Virus record (IMG/VR): IMGVR_UViG_3300008740_000712
Span: 32,001 to 96,000 of that record
From: a virus
Direction: 5' to 3' (one strand)
Length of the DNA stretch: 64,000 nt
Notes under the pieces: generated by a model
Databases searched by the model: none
The model's input: only the letters and a program-made list of their open reading frames with translations
Told to the model about the DNA's origin: nothing
Made by a program: the position numbers and the translations under genes
In this document: positions 8,541 to 17,312 of the stretch, piece by piece
Layout: each line of letters begins with the position of its first letter
Position numbering within the stretch: the first letter of the stretch is position 1

Positions 8541-8978
8541 TTACCTCGTAATTTGGACAGAAGCATAAAAAATGCCCACAGAAAGGAGAATCCCGGAAAG
8601 GGCACCACCAGCAAACCAAAAAGAAGAGTAGTCTTTACTTTCTTCTTCGACAATCTTGAGGAGCCTGTCGTTCTCCTTTTTCTGCGTTTCGATAATAAGG
8701 TCTTTCTTGCTGACTTGAGCAGATAGTTCCGCTTTTTCTCTTGCAGTGTCAAGTTCACATTTTGATCTTGTTTTGTCTTTTTCATAATCAACTTTGACCT
8801 GACACTTCTCTATTTCAAATTCCCTCTCGGCAAGAATCTTTGCACCTGTCTTAGAATCAATCAAGATCCCAGTGAAGGGTGCTTTTGTGTCCTTTTTTAT
8901 AACCACGATCTGTGATTCGTCAGCAAAGGATGCTGTTGTAAATGTAAATATCGCAATGAGTGCTAAAATTCTCTTCAT
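8541..8978 (-). CDS. Spanin-like protein: signal peptide, coiled coil and C-terminal transmembrane helix
   Basis: MKRILALIAIFTFTTASFA|DE looks like an SPase I signal with no lipobox Cys. It is followed by a charged coiled coil with two Cys and a C-terminal hydrophobic segment FWFAGGALSGILLSVGIFYASV. Confidence 0.5.
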   Translation of the reverse strand: MKRILALIAIFTFTTASFADESQIVVIKKDTKAPFTGILIDSKTGAKILAEREFEIEKCQVKVDYEKDKTRSKCELDTAREKAELSAQVSKKDLIIETQKKENDRLLKIVEEESKDYSSFWFAGGALSGILLSVGIFYASVQITR

Positions 8979-9340
8979 TAGTTACCAAATTCTTTCATTA
9001 GTTCTTCCGCAATTTTGTCGATGTCGTCTGTCAACTCTTTTTCTCGTGCTTCGATTTTGTTATCGACATTCGTTTCATCTTTCTTTTTCTTCTTTTCGAT
9101 CTTTCTCATGTCGGTGGTGTGTTTGTCTGCTGCCTTGGTTTTTGCAGCATCTCTTTCGTCATACACCTTCGTAAGTTTGTCTAAGGACTCTTGGTGATCC
9201 TTTTGTGCGGAGGTGATTAAACCGAGAAGAGTTGCTATCTTAGACCTGTATACCACGAAGGCAACAAGCAAAGATAGCAGCACAAGTGGGATGTACCAAT
9301 AATGCTTTAGGAATAACCATACTCTTCTCAATGTCATCAC
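8978..9340 (-). CDS. i-spanin-like membrane protein (N-terminal TM, periplasmic coiled coil)
   Basis: Basic N-terminus, TM helix WYIPLVLLSLLVAFVVY, then a long heptad-rich helix; lies next to the holin. Confidence 0.55.
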   Translation of the reverse strand: MMTLRRVWLFLKHYWYIPLVLLSLLVAFVVYRSKIATLLGLITSAQKDHQESLDKLTKVYDERDAAKTKAADKHTTDMRKIEKKKKKDETNVDNKIEAREKELTDDIDKIAEELMKEFGN

Positions 9341-9580
9341 TTATGCCTTCTTCCATGCAACGGCCAAGTCAACTGCTGCCTGACTGCCAATGTATACTAA
9401 GGAAATAGCAACCCAATCACCGGATGCTAATCCACCTGTGAGTAATAGTGCTGAACCTGTCAACCATACGAGAAGTTTTCTCGATGTTATCTTGCTCACT
9501 GCTTGGTCAAGTAGCCCACCTTCGGGTACTGCCGCTGTCAATGCTTTCATTGCTGTGCTTGTTTTCTTTCTTGTAGCCAT
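9341..9580 (-). CDS. Putative holin (two TM helices)
   Basis: 79 aa; SRKLLVWLTGSALLLTGG and DWVAISLVYIGSQAAVD with a basic C-terminus (WKKA). The SRK-TM-TM pattern is typical of small holins. Confidence 0.65.
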   Translation of the reverse strand: MATRKKTSTAMKALTAAVPEGGLLDQAVSKITSRKLLVWLTGSALLLTGGLASGDWVAISLVYIGSQAAVDLAVAWKKA

Positions 9581-9592
9581 AGTTTGTTTCTC

Positions 9593-12500
9593 CTAACTAT
9601 TAACGCAAGCATAACCATCAACTTTATCGATGTCGATAGTCATGTCCACGCAGTCTTTTAAACTGTCGAGGTGGGAAATGAGGATAACATTTTTAAATTG
9701 TGATTTTACCAAGTCGATAATCCTGATAAAACCTTCCATGTTTTCCTCATCAAGTGCCGTTCCCGGTTCATCGAGAATGAAAATGTCTCCCTTTGGTAAG
9801 GATGACACGTTCAATAACGCAAGACGGATTGCCATTGCAGCAAGAGTCTTCTCGGCACCTGAACCCAACTCAATAGGTCTAGCATCATACTTTGGATGCT
9901 TAATATAAATATCAAGCTTTTCCTCTGAGTTCTCAAAGAAAACTTCAAATTCTACAATGTTAGACAAAATCTTCGATATCTCCTCGTTAATAATCGGTAA
10001 TTTATTTTTGATTATTTTATAGGAAATTCCGTTTGGATGCATACATCTCATGAAAAGATCATAAGCAGCATACTTCTTTTGGTATTCCTCAAGTTGTTCT
10101 TTCTGCTCGTTCAAGTTTTTAATCTTCTCCTCAAATGTCCCCTCCTGCTTATGAAGTGAGATTAGTTGCTGTTCGCAACATTCAATCTCCTCTTCAACAG
10201 AAAGAAGCATCTCCTTCTTCTGTTTTACCATACTTTCGAGATTATTTAAGTTCTCAATTATTTCTTTGTTTGCGTTGTATAGTTCAAGCTTATTATTAAG
10301 TTCGGACAAGGAAGTCATGTGACCCTTGATAGTTCCATTGTTCTTCTCCATGCTCAATTGAAGTTTTGTTATCTCTGTCTCCACACCGCCTCGGACAAGC
10401 ATAAGTTGATTATACTTCTCGATATGTTCCTGTAACTTGTTGGGGTCTTCTTGTTGAAGTTGTCCCCTCTTCTTTGTAACAAGAGAGTCAAAACTTATAA
10501 ACTGTGATTCAAGGTCTTTTAATTTGGATTTAGACTCATGGGCATCGCATATAAATCTACAATGACTGTATTCGTCTCCACATGGAACCTCTTCCAGCCT
10601 AAGAGACTTCTGTTTTGCGGAATCAATATCTCTTGAAATTCGATTCATTGTTGTAGTAAGAACAGACACTTCGTCGTTTAGTTCATCAAGTTTCCTCTTT
10701 CTTTCCTTTTTATCTTCGTACCCAAAAGATGCAGAGAACTCTGTGATAGAATTTAACTTTCCTCTCTTGAGAGAAATGAGGTTGGCATGTTCCTTGTTCT
10801 TGTCTCGACACTCCTCAATCACAATTTGCTTTTTCTCAATTAACGACATCAGGTTTCCAATATCGATAATCTCCCTGGGGATGCTGTCAATCTTTTGCTG
10901 GATTGAAGTGATGTCCTTCTTTATCCGCCGGGTTTTGGCCTTCAATTTCTTACAATCTGCCGATTGATCGGAGATAGAGTTGGCAATCTTCATCTGACTG
11001 ATGGTGGCATCTTCGAGTTCATCAGCATAGTTTCTCTGTTCCAACTTCCTGAGAAGTGCTTTTGTCTCTGCTGCCTCTTCTTTTGCAAGAAGATGTTTCT
11101 TGTTGAAAAACAGAAGATCGAGAAACTTGGCAAGGATCTTTTTACGGTTCTTGTTACCCTCCGATACAAAGGTGAGAGAACCTAACTGAGATGACATAGA
11201 GGTGGTGAGGAAATCCTCAAGGGTTCCGAACTGTTTTCTAATGTTGTTATCAGTGTCCGTTCTCGTTAGTCCGTTCAATGATTCGGTTTCTCCCGATGAC
11301 AAGTCGTTAGACGAAAAGTCTAACATGGTCTTGGCTTCGGTTGACTCAACACCGTGAAGTCGTTTCTTATACTTTTCCAAGGTTCTGTCAACCAAGAACA
11401 ACCGATCATTAACTTGGATGGTTGCTTTGCCGTGGGCATAGTCTTTCTGTTGGTTGATGATACCTACACTCTTCCTCTCGTTCTTGGAGGTGCTATTAAA
11501 TAAAGTGTAAAGCAGTGTATCGACGACACTACTCTTTCCTGAGAAGTTCTTTCCGAATACACCGATGACACCACTCAGCATGTCGAAGTCTAATGAATTA
11601 CCCTCACCGTAGTTAAAGAAGTTATCGAACTCAAGTTTCTTCAAGCTCCAATTAACATAACGAGACACATCCTCTGATTGCTCTACCTCGGCATTGTATT
11701 TCTTGTTGAGGTTAAAAACCTCTTGTAAAGTTTCCTCGTCGGGATTGTAATCCGTAAGGTATTCACGGATAAACTTTTCCTGCACACCTGTGTCTCGAAG
11801 GTTGCCCTCTTCGGCAAAGATGTTTTCATGTTCGCCAGAGGATGAACCAATGGTAGAGTTGTTAAAAACAACACTTTCTGGTTTGAACCTTGATGCAACA
11901 ACGGACTTTGCCTTCATGATAGCATCAAGTGGCAATTTGTTCTTTGCTTGCAACCTAACTCTCGCACCAGGTGGCAAGTCAGTTCCACGAGGGAGTTTTC
12001 CCTTGGGAGTTAACACAATTGTGATGAAAGGCTTTGGATTAGGGATCGCATAATGAGTGCAGGTATACTTATCCCTGTTCTCGATATCCCAAATTACAAA
12101 ACCCTTATCATTTGATTCACCAAAGTTTTGCTGAACTGTGGATCCGGGATATCTAATCTTGCCCTTCTTATCGAGAATTTGGTTTGTTTTGTGGATGTCC
12201 CCCAGGAACGCATAGTCGAAGTTTTGAAGGGTTTTTAAATCCACCTCCCCGTTCTCCATAGTCCAACCTAAGTCGGTCTTACAACCCGACACAGACCCAT
12301 GAAACAGGGCAATATTGATCTTGTCATCGTTAGTCGGTTCAATCCAATTATCTTTATCGAAAACTGAGAGGACGTTTAGTGTAATCTCTTCGTTCATCTG
12401 TACCTCTTGTGAGTCTCGATGGATGAAGAGATTGGGGTGTTCCAATGCTTCTGCAACAGGAGTTACTGCATCAAGACGGCCTTGGTTCTTCAAGTTTCCG

Positions 12501-12745
12501 TCGTGGTTCCCAAGAATGACATGTGTTGGTGCGATGTCTGCCAAGGATGACAGGAAGTCACCGCACATGTCGAAGTACTCAGGGGACAGTTGTGTCTTTG
12601 TGTGAGCAATATCACCGCAATGAATGATATAATCCACTTTCTTCTTTTTTAATAACTTGTACATACGAGAAAAGATTTCTCGATATTCTTTGTGATACTT
12701 ATAATTTCTTATGTGTGTATCTGCAATATGTGCTATTCTAACCAT
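9593..12745 (-). CDS. Fused Mre11/SbcD nuclease and Rad50/SbcC ATPase (T4 gp47-gp46-like)
   Basis: N-terminal phosphoesterase motifs ADTH, GD, GNHD, FHG and GDIH. Then Walker A GKNFSGKSS, a long coiled coil with a central Cys cluster, Walker B ILDEP and H-loop ISH, all in one 1050-aa frame. Confidence 0.93.
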   Translation of the reverse strand: MVRIAHIADTHIRNYKYHKEYREIFSRMYKLLKKKKVDYIIHCGDIAHTKTQLSPEYFDMCGDFLSSLADIAPTHVILGNHDGNLKNQGRLDAVTPVAEALEHPNLFIHRDSQEVQMNEEITLNVLSVFDKDNWIEPTNDDKINIALFHGSVSGCKTDLGWTMENGEVDLKTLQNFDYAFLGDIHKTNQILDKKGKIRYPGSTVQQNFGESNDKGFVIWDIENRDKYTCTHYAIPNPKPFITIVLTPKGKLPRGTDLPPGARVRLQAKNKLPLDAIMKAKSVVASRFKPESVVFNNSTIGSSSGEHENIFAEEGNLRDTGVQEKFIREYLTDYNPDEETLQEVFNLNKKYNAEVEQSEDVSRYVNWSLKKLEFDNFFNYGEGNSLDFDMLSGVIGVFGKNFSGKSSVVDTLLYTLFNSTSKNERKSVGIINQQKDYAHGKATIQVNDRLFLVDRTLEKYKKRLHGVESTEAKTMLDFSSNDLSSGETESLNGLTRTDTDNNIRKQFGTLEDFLTTSMSSQLGSLTFVSEGNKNRKKILAKFLDLLFFNKKHLLAKEEAAETKALLRKLEQRNYADELEDATISQMKIANSISDQSADCKKLKAKTRRIKKDITSIQQKIDSIPREIIDIGNLMSLIEKKQIVIEECRDKNKEHANLISLKRGKLNSITEFSASFGYEDKKERKRKLDELNDEVSVLTTTMNRISRDIDSAKQKSLRLEEVPCGDEYSHCRFICDAHESKSKLKDLESQFISFDSLVTKKRGQLQQEDPNKLQEHIEKYNQLMLVRGGVETEITKLQLSMEKNNGTIKGHMTSLSELNNKLELYNANKEIIENLNNLESMVKQKKEMLLSVEEEIECCEQQLISLHKQEGTFEEKIKNLNEQKEQLEEYQKKYAAYDLFMRCMHPNGISYKIIKNKLPIINEEISKILSNIVEFEVFFENSEEKLDIYIKHPKYDARPIELGSGAEKTLAAMAIRLALLNVSSLPKGDIFILDEPGTALDEENMEGFIRIIDLVKSQFKNVILISHLDSLKDCVDMTIDIDKVDGYACVNS

Positions 12746-12757
12746 ATATAAAAATTC

Positions 12758-13702
12758 CTATATCCCAAGAGCCTCGATGATTAACATCTGCTCTTGGGTC
12801 ATTATTTGTGCCGATTCTTTCCTCTCCTGAAAGACAGATCTTGGCATTGATCCGACATCATCAAAACCCGAAGTATCTATTTTATACACTTCGAAGTCAT
12901 ATGTCAAGAGTTTTTTTATTATTTTTGTTTCCTTTGATGAGGCATCTGCATCGAGTGCCATGTAGATCGGAGTATCATGTTGCACCAACTTCTTGAAAAG
13001 TTTAGAGTCTTCACGAAGTGTTGACCCCAAGAGTGGAACTGAGTTTCCTGCTACAATGGCATCGAAGACACCTTCTACAATAACTAAATCGTTGGTCCAA
13101 TCGACAAAGAGTTCATTGAAGACAACATCCTTGCTTGCGGGAGGGTTCTTGTACTTCATCCAATTGTCATCGTATGCTCGTGCAATGAAGTAATTCAAAT
13201 CTCCTTCGGCATCGAATGATGGGATGATTATGCGACCTGAGAATTCTCCCGCATCACAGTATCCTATTTTCCAAGTGAGAACATCATCGTTTGTTATCTC
13301 TCTCTTTTTCAAATACTTTTTCGGATAGATTGCAGTTGGTTTGCAATGCCTCGATGTGAGACTTTTAAAACTATCGGGCATAGAGATAATATCCTTTATC
13401 TCGACTTCTTCGACTTCTGTCTTAAAGAGGTCTTCTAGGGATGCCGCATTAGCTAAATCTATCTTGTCATCCAGTTTCTCCCAGTCGCGGCGGGACTTGA
13501 AGTCACCATACCGACGAACAAGTCGGTGGATGCCCCTAGAACTATAGTCGCAAATCCAGCACTTAAAAGCATTCAGTTCAAGGTTGACTGACATCTTCCT
13601 CTTGTGGTGCTTACATTTTGGACAATAAAATAAAATTTCATCCCCGGATCGGTAATACCCTCCGAGGACTCTTTTAAGAACATTAAGTTTCTCTGTATCC
13701 AA
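12758..13702 (-). CDS. DNA primase (T4 gp61/DnaG-like)
   Basis: Zn ribbon CPKC...CWIC, RIIIPSFD, TOPRIM motifs VEGVFD and ALDAD. Confidence 0.92.
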   Translation of the reverse strand: MDTEKLNVLKRVLGGYYRSGDEILFYCPKCKHHKRKMSVNLELNAFKCWICDYSSRGIHRLVRRYGDFKSRRDWEKLDDKIDLANAASLEDLFKTEVEEVEIKDIISMPDSFKSLTSRHCKPTAIYPKKYLKKREITNDDVLTWKIGYCDAGEFSGRIIIPSFDAEGDLNYFIARAYDDNWMKYKNPPASKDVVFNELFVDWTNDLVIVEGVFDAIVAGNSVPLLGSTLREDSKLFKKLVQHDTPIYMALDADASSKETKIIKKLLTYDFEVYKIDTSGFDDVGSMPRSVFQERKESAQIMTQEQMLIIEALGI

Positions 13703-14201
13703 GAAAACCTGCCTTTGCTACAATATAACTATCTGCTTTATCGAATGAACCGGGTTTGGGATTACCAAACTTGGTATATTCTATCACAAAATCATCCACA
13801 CTTTCAGCTACAAAATTGAGAACAAACTCTTTTGCCCTAATTCCCCTCGGAACTTTTACTCCGCAATGCTTTCGTGCTGTGGTGGAAACAATAAATTCGG
13901 GATTAAATCCGAATCTCTCCCTACAAATCCAACTAATTATCCCGTTGAACTTTGCGAGTGTTGTGATGACTTTTGCCGACGAGCCTCCAGTGCCAAAGAA
14001 ACTACTGACAGGCTTTTCGATGATAACTCGAACAGTATCATCAAACTGTGTGCTACATAACTCATTTTTTACTACCTCTGCCTTTGTAAAGTGATCCTTG
14101 TATTTTCTCAAGTCCCATGCATTACAATACACTATTTTGCCATCGTTGTCAAGTAGTGTTGCTCCAACGATGGATGTGCTAACATCCAGTCCCAATATCA
14201 T
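13683..14201 (-). CDS. RuvC-like Holliday junction resolvase
   Basis: MILGLDVSTSIVG (first catalytic Asp), IIEKP and DKADSYIVA. Confidence 0.85.
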   Translation of the reverse strand: MILGLDVSTSIVGATLLDNDGKIVYCNAWDLRKYKDHFTKAEVVKNELCSTQFDDTVRVIIEKPVSSFFGTGGSSAKVITTLAKFNGIISWICRERFGFNPEFIVSTTARKHCGVKVPRGIRAKEFVLNFVAESVDDFVIEYTKFGNPKPGSFDKADSYIVAKAGFLGYRET

Positions 14202-15280
14202 AAATCAAGTTTTAGTTTGAAAGTATAACTATCTCTTTCTCTTTTTCTTATTGGTTTTGCCATTTTAGCAGTAGCAATAAGGTTCCTGTCCTCGTCATAA
14301 ATGCCGATGGTTGAAATGTAGGTGGTTTTCTCGAACGACCCTGTATCATTATACACCGTATTAGTTATATTTTTAATTTCTAATTTTGGATTTTCGATGT
14401 ACGAGTAAGAACCTGTCGTTTTCATAAGTGGCTGATCTTTTAAAATAAATGTCGGATTAGAAGAATTGTTAAGCTCACCCTTATCGGCATGAGCAAACAT
14501 GGTCATGACGGGAATATCATTTGTCCCCTCGAACTCTACTGCAAAACTTGAACTCGGAATGCCTGTTTTAGTGGTGCCAAAATGTTTCCACCTCGGATTA
14601 TCCGCACCACTGCCGTAAGACTCAGTATGGCCGGTATCGATTGCCCATGCTCCAGTCAAGAACATGAACCCTTCTCGATATAAAACAACCCCAGCTACAG
14701 ATCCCGATCCATTGCTACCAGCTGGTCCTACTTGAATCATCTCTCCGTTTCTATTAACATCATGCAATTCGGCGGCAAGTGTTCCGGAAATATAGAACCT
14801 ACACTTTGAAGTTCCCTTCTTTATTTCCGATCCCATGAAGATGGTGGGGATTGCCACAAGACTAGCATCTTGTTGTGCCTTGTTTCCAAACTCAGTCGTA
14901 TCAAATGCGAAGTGGCGACTGAGTGGGGTATACGAGTTGAAAGAATTGCATAATCCCATTACTCTTTCGTTACGATTGTTGGCATATGGGCCAACATAGT
15001 TACTCACAACAAGCGAGGATGTTTGTGGAAGGGAGCCTGTAAATTTGGTTCCGAAGATTGCCTCATCGAAACTCAACTTCTTGATAGTCTTTAGGAAATA
15101 TCTATCTCCCTTTTTATAAGTAAAGGGCACAGTGCCAGCAACTCCCCCGTAGAGAGATATGCTCGTGTCGGTCGTGTTATCCAGATACACCTGTCCGTCA
15201 TAAATAAAGAACTCACTTCGAGGGTGAGTTCTCAACCTATTCACCATTATATCACTGGACTTGAACTCGTAGAAAGACAC
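14198..15280 (-). CDS. Tail/baseplate structural protein with tail-collar-like C-terminal motif
   Basis: C-terminus YISTIGIYDEDRNLIATAKMAKPIRK...FKLKLDL; GTG start 5 nt after GGAGG. Paralogous to the next gene. Confidence 0.7.
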   Translation of the reverse strand: MSFYEFKSSDIMVNRLRTHPRSEFFIYDGQVYLDNTTDTSISLYGGVAGTVPFTYKKGDRYFLKTIKKLSFDEAIFGTKFTGSLPQTSSLVVSNYVGPYANNRNERVMGLCNSFNSYTPLSRHFAFDTTEFGNKAQQDASLVAIPTIFMGSEIKKGTSKCRFYISGTLAAELHDVNRNGEMIQVGPAGSNGSGSVAGVVLYREGFMFLTGAWAIDTGHTESYGSGADNPRWKHFGTTKTGIPSSSFAVEFEGTNDIPVMTMFAHADKGELNNSSNPTFILKDQPLMKTTGSYSYIENPKLEIKNITNTVYNDTGSFEKTTYISTIGIYDEDRNLIATAKMAKPIRKRERDSYTFKLKLDL

Positions 15281-15289
15281 GGTGTCCTC

Positions 15290-16312
15290 CTAGTAGTCTA
15301 ATCTTACACGGAGAATCATCTCATTGGTCGGATCTTTCTTTAGTGGTTCTGATAACTTTGCGACTGCAAGAAGTTCATTGTCTGCACTATAAAGACCGAC
15401 GGTTGTGATGTAAGATGTTGGATTATCCAACGTGTTATTCTTTACCCTGATTCTACTTCCCGACGTATATGTTGGGTTGGCAGAATAATTGTATTCATTA
15501 TGGTTGACCCGACAAAAATAAATTGAAGAATTTAATTCCGTCGTATTGTTGAATGTGAGGTCATGTACTCTGTGTCGAAAATGATCTGCACTCTGTTGAA
15601 TGGTTTTTGTGGGCAATGTTGTGAGAATATTGTTCGTAGCTCCATTCATTTGCGCGGTGCCGAAGATGGAAGCAGTTAAGACTGCAACTCCCGCCTGATA
15701 ATAGAGCAATCCTACTTTCGTAGTATCAGCATATAAGATGCCATACTCGCCAGCTGGTGAATTTGTTTTGTAAGAAGTTGCGGCACCGGTATCCTTAATC
15801 GTATTTAGTCCACCTGGTTGTGCAGCAGTATATACAGATGCCGTTCCTATTGTTAATGAGAAGGTTCCCTTCTTAATCTCATCTTTGACCAGTAATCTTG
15901 AAAAATTAAGAAAATAAACTTCATCAAGTTTTGTACCACCAGTTAAGTCACCATCCTGATCAAATCTCATGATAGATCCAGTAACGTCGTGGCCAACGAG
16001 GACTTGTGCCATCTGGTTGTAAATTGCTAATTTTTTGCTCTCTTGGTTTACACCGACACCACCACTCATAGCACTCTTGGGTGAATACCCGCAAGTTATG
16101 TCGAAAATATGATTCGACGAAGAGGACAGATAAGGGTAGTCGTAGACTGACTGAAACATTCCGTGGGAATAGTTCTTAATGTTAGTCTCTGCGATCATGT
16201 GTGCCCCGTAAGTTCCAGAAAGTATTGTTCCTGTGAGGGGGATGGATTCATGTAACAGTGTCCTCGTGGAAGACATGTCGTCATTTAAAAAAGGTTTATA
16301 AATAGTTGCCAT
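15290..16312 (-). CDS. Tail/baseplate structural protein, paralogue of 14198..15280
   Basis: C-terminus YITTVGLYSADNELLAVAKLSEPLKK...RVRLDY, similar to the DUF3751/tail-collar iteiGl.d.dg.L.Ava pattern. Confidence 0.7.
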   Translation of the reverse strand: MATIYKPFLNDDMSSTRTLLHESIPLTGTILSGTYGAHMIAETNIKNYSHGMFQSVYDYPYLSSSSNHIFDITCGYSPKSAMSGGVGVNQESKKLAIYNQMAQVLVGHDVTGSIMRFDQDGDLTGGTKLDEVYFLNFSRLLVKDEIKKGTFSLTIGTASVYTAAQPGGLNTIKDTGAATSYKTNSPAGEYGILYADTTKVGLLYYQAGVAVLTASIFGTAQMNGATNNILTTLPTKTIQQSADHFRHRVHDLTFNNTTELNSSIYFCRVNHNEYNYSANPTYTSGSRIRVKNNTLDNPTSYITTVGLYSADNELLAVAKLSEPLKKDPTNEMILRVRLDY

Positions 16313-16326
16313 CAGTTATTCTCCTG

Positions 16327-17259
16327 CTATTGCTTCTTCACAAATCTTACTGGAATGTCAATTGAGGCACCAGTAGTTGCTCCCCGTACTCTCACGAGGG
16401 AGTCGATATACTTGACCGTGACAGAGGCAGATACTCCGCCAGACTGTCCACTCATAGATTTTGAACTTCCCAAAGTATCAAATAGGTAGTCACTCGTATT
16501 TAGTTCTACCGACGATTGTAGGAGAAATTCCAAAATTGTTCCTCTCGGACCAGAGATCGATTGCTTGTTGCTTGTTGATGTGTCCCCGTTTTCAGAAACA
16601 AAATCAGGGTCTGTTCCCAAAGTTAGAAAATAACTTGCAACATTGTCGTCATCGATATACGAAATTGTTGCGACAGTGCCACCCTGTGATGCCACCTTTG
16701 CTAGACGGTTATCGATCTCAATGGTGAATTGCGTTTCGAGAAGGTCGGAATCTATATTGAATTTGGGGGAAATTTCTGTAGTGTCCAATCCCTGATCAAC
16801 TCGAACATAGGAACCTCCGGTCAGTGTTTCACCATTAACAATGCCCTGTACGGGCTTAAGTGGTGATCCAGTTTGCCCAACTGCTTCTTCGGTATCCTCA
16901 TCGACTGCGACGATAAAAACTCCGTCCGAGTGTCGGGCTGTGTCGGTCGAGTACGACTCGTTTAGTTCCATGATAGGGAGATATAATAAGTTATTTCTCG
17001 GAATAGAGATGAGTCTGCTCTTCATGGAGGAACCGTTGTTGGTAAATGCTTCCAGCACTGGTGCTCTCAAGATCTCTAAATCATAATAGGCACTTCCACT
17101 TGCATGTGCCCTGTTGTAAAGTTCATAATTAACCTCATCGTCACCAAGAGCAAACTTTGCGATCTTAAACGAACCGTCACCTTTTGCCAATCGAAAACGA
17201 CCGGTGTCAGTTAGCACCGCATCGAGAATAATATCACCTGAGTTGTCTAAAAATGCCAT
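16327..17259 (-). CDS. Tail/baseplate structural protein
   Basis: N-terminus DAVLTDTGRFRLAKGDGSFKIAKFALGDDEVNY resembles the tail-collar N-terminal pattern (lT..G...la......i..falGD). Confidence 0.7.
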   Translation of the reverse strand: MAFLDNSGDIILDAVLTDTGRFRLAKGDGSFKIAKFALGDDEVNYELYNRAHASGSAYYDLEILRAPVLEAFTNNGSSMKSRLISIPRNNLLYLPIMELNESYSTDTARHSDGVFIVAVDEDTEEAVGQTGSPLKPVQGIVNGETLTGGSYVRVDQGLDTTEISPKFNIDSDLLETQFTIEIDNRLAKVASQGGTVATISYIDDDNVASYFLTLGTDPDFVSENGDTSTSNKQSISGPRGTILEFLLQSSVELNTSDYLFDTLGSSKSMSGQSGGVSASVTVKYIDSLVRVRGATTGASIDIPVRFVKKQ

Positions 17260-17278
17260 CTATACATCCTCCACGTAG

Positions 17279-17287
17279 ATAAATAGT
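17279..17287 (-). promoter_or_regulatory. Candidate late promoter ACTATTTAT
   Basis: Exact 9-mer in the intergenic gap, 20 nt upstream of the ATG at 17259; same 9-mer at 43552 and 55031. Confidence 0.55.
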
Positions 17288-17312
17288 AGTTATATCACAA
17301 ATAAAGCACATG

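Noticed and set aside
8536-8619. Cys-rich N-terminal extension (MVCWWCPF...) of the 8161 ORF
   Set aside because: It overlaps the TM-coding end of the upstream gene; a GTG at 8535 with an SD is the more plausible start.
8414-8791. Alternative-frame minus ORF as an embedded o-spanin
   Set aside because: It has a hydrophobic stretch but no signal peptide or lipobox Cys, and it straddles two real genes.
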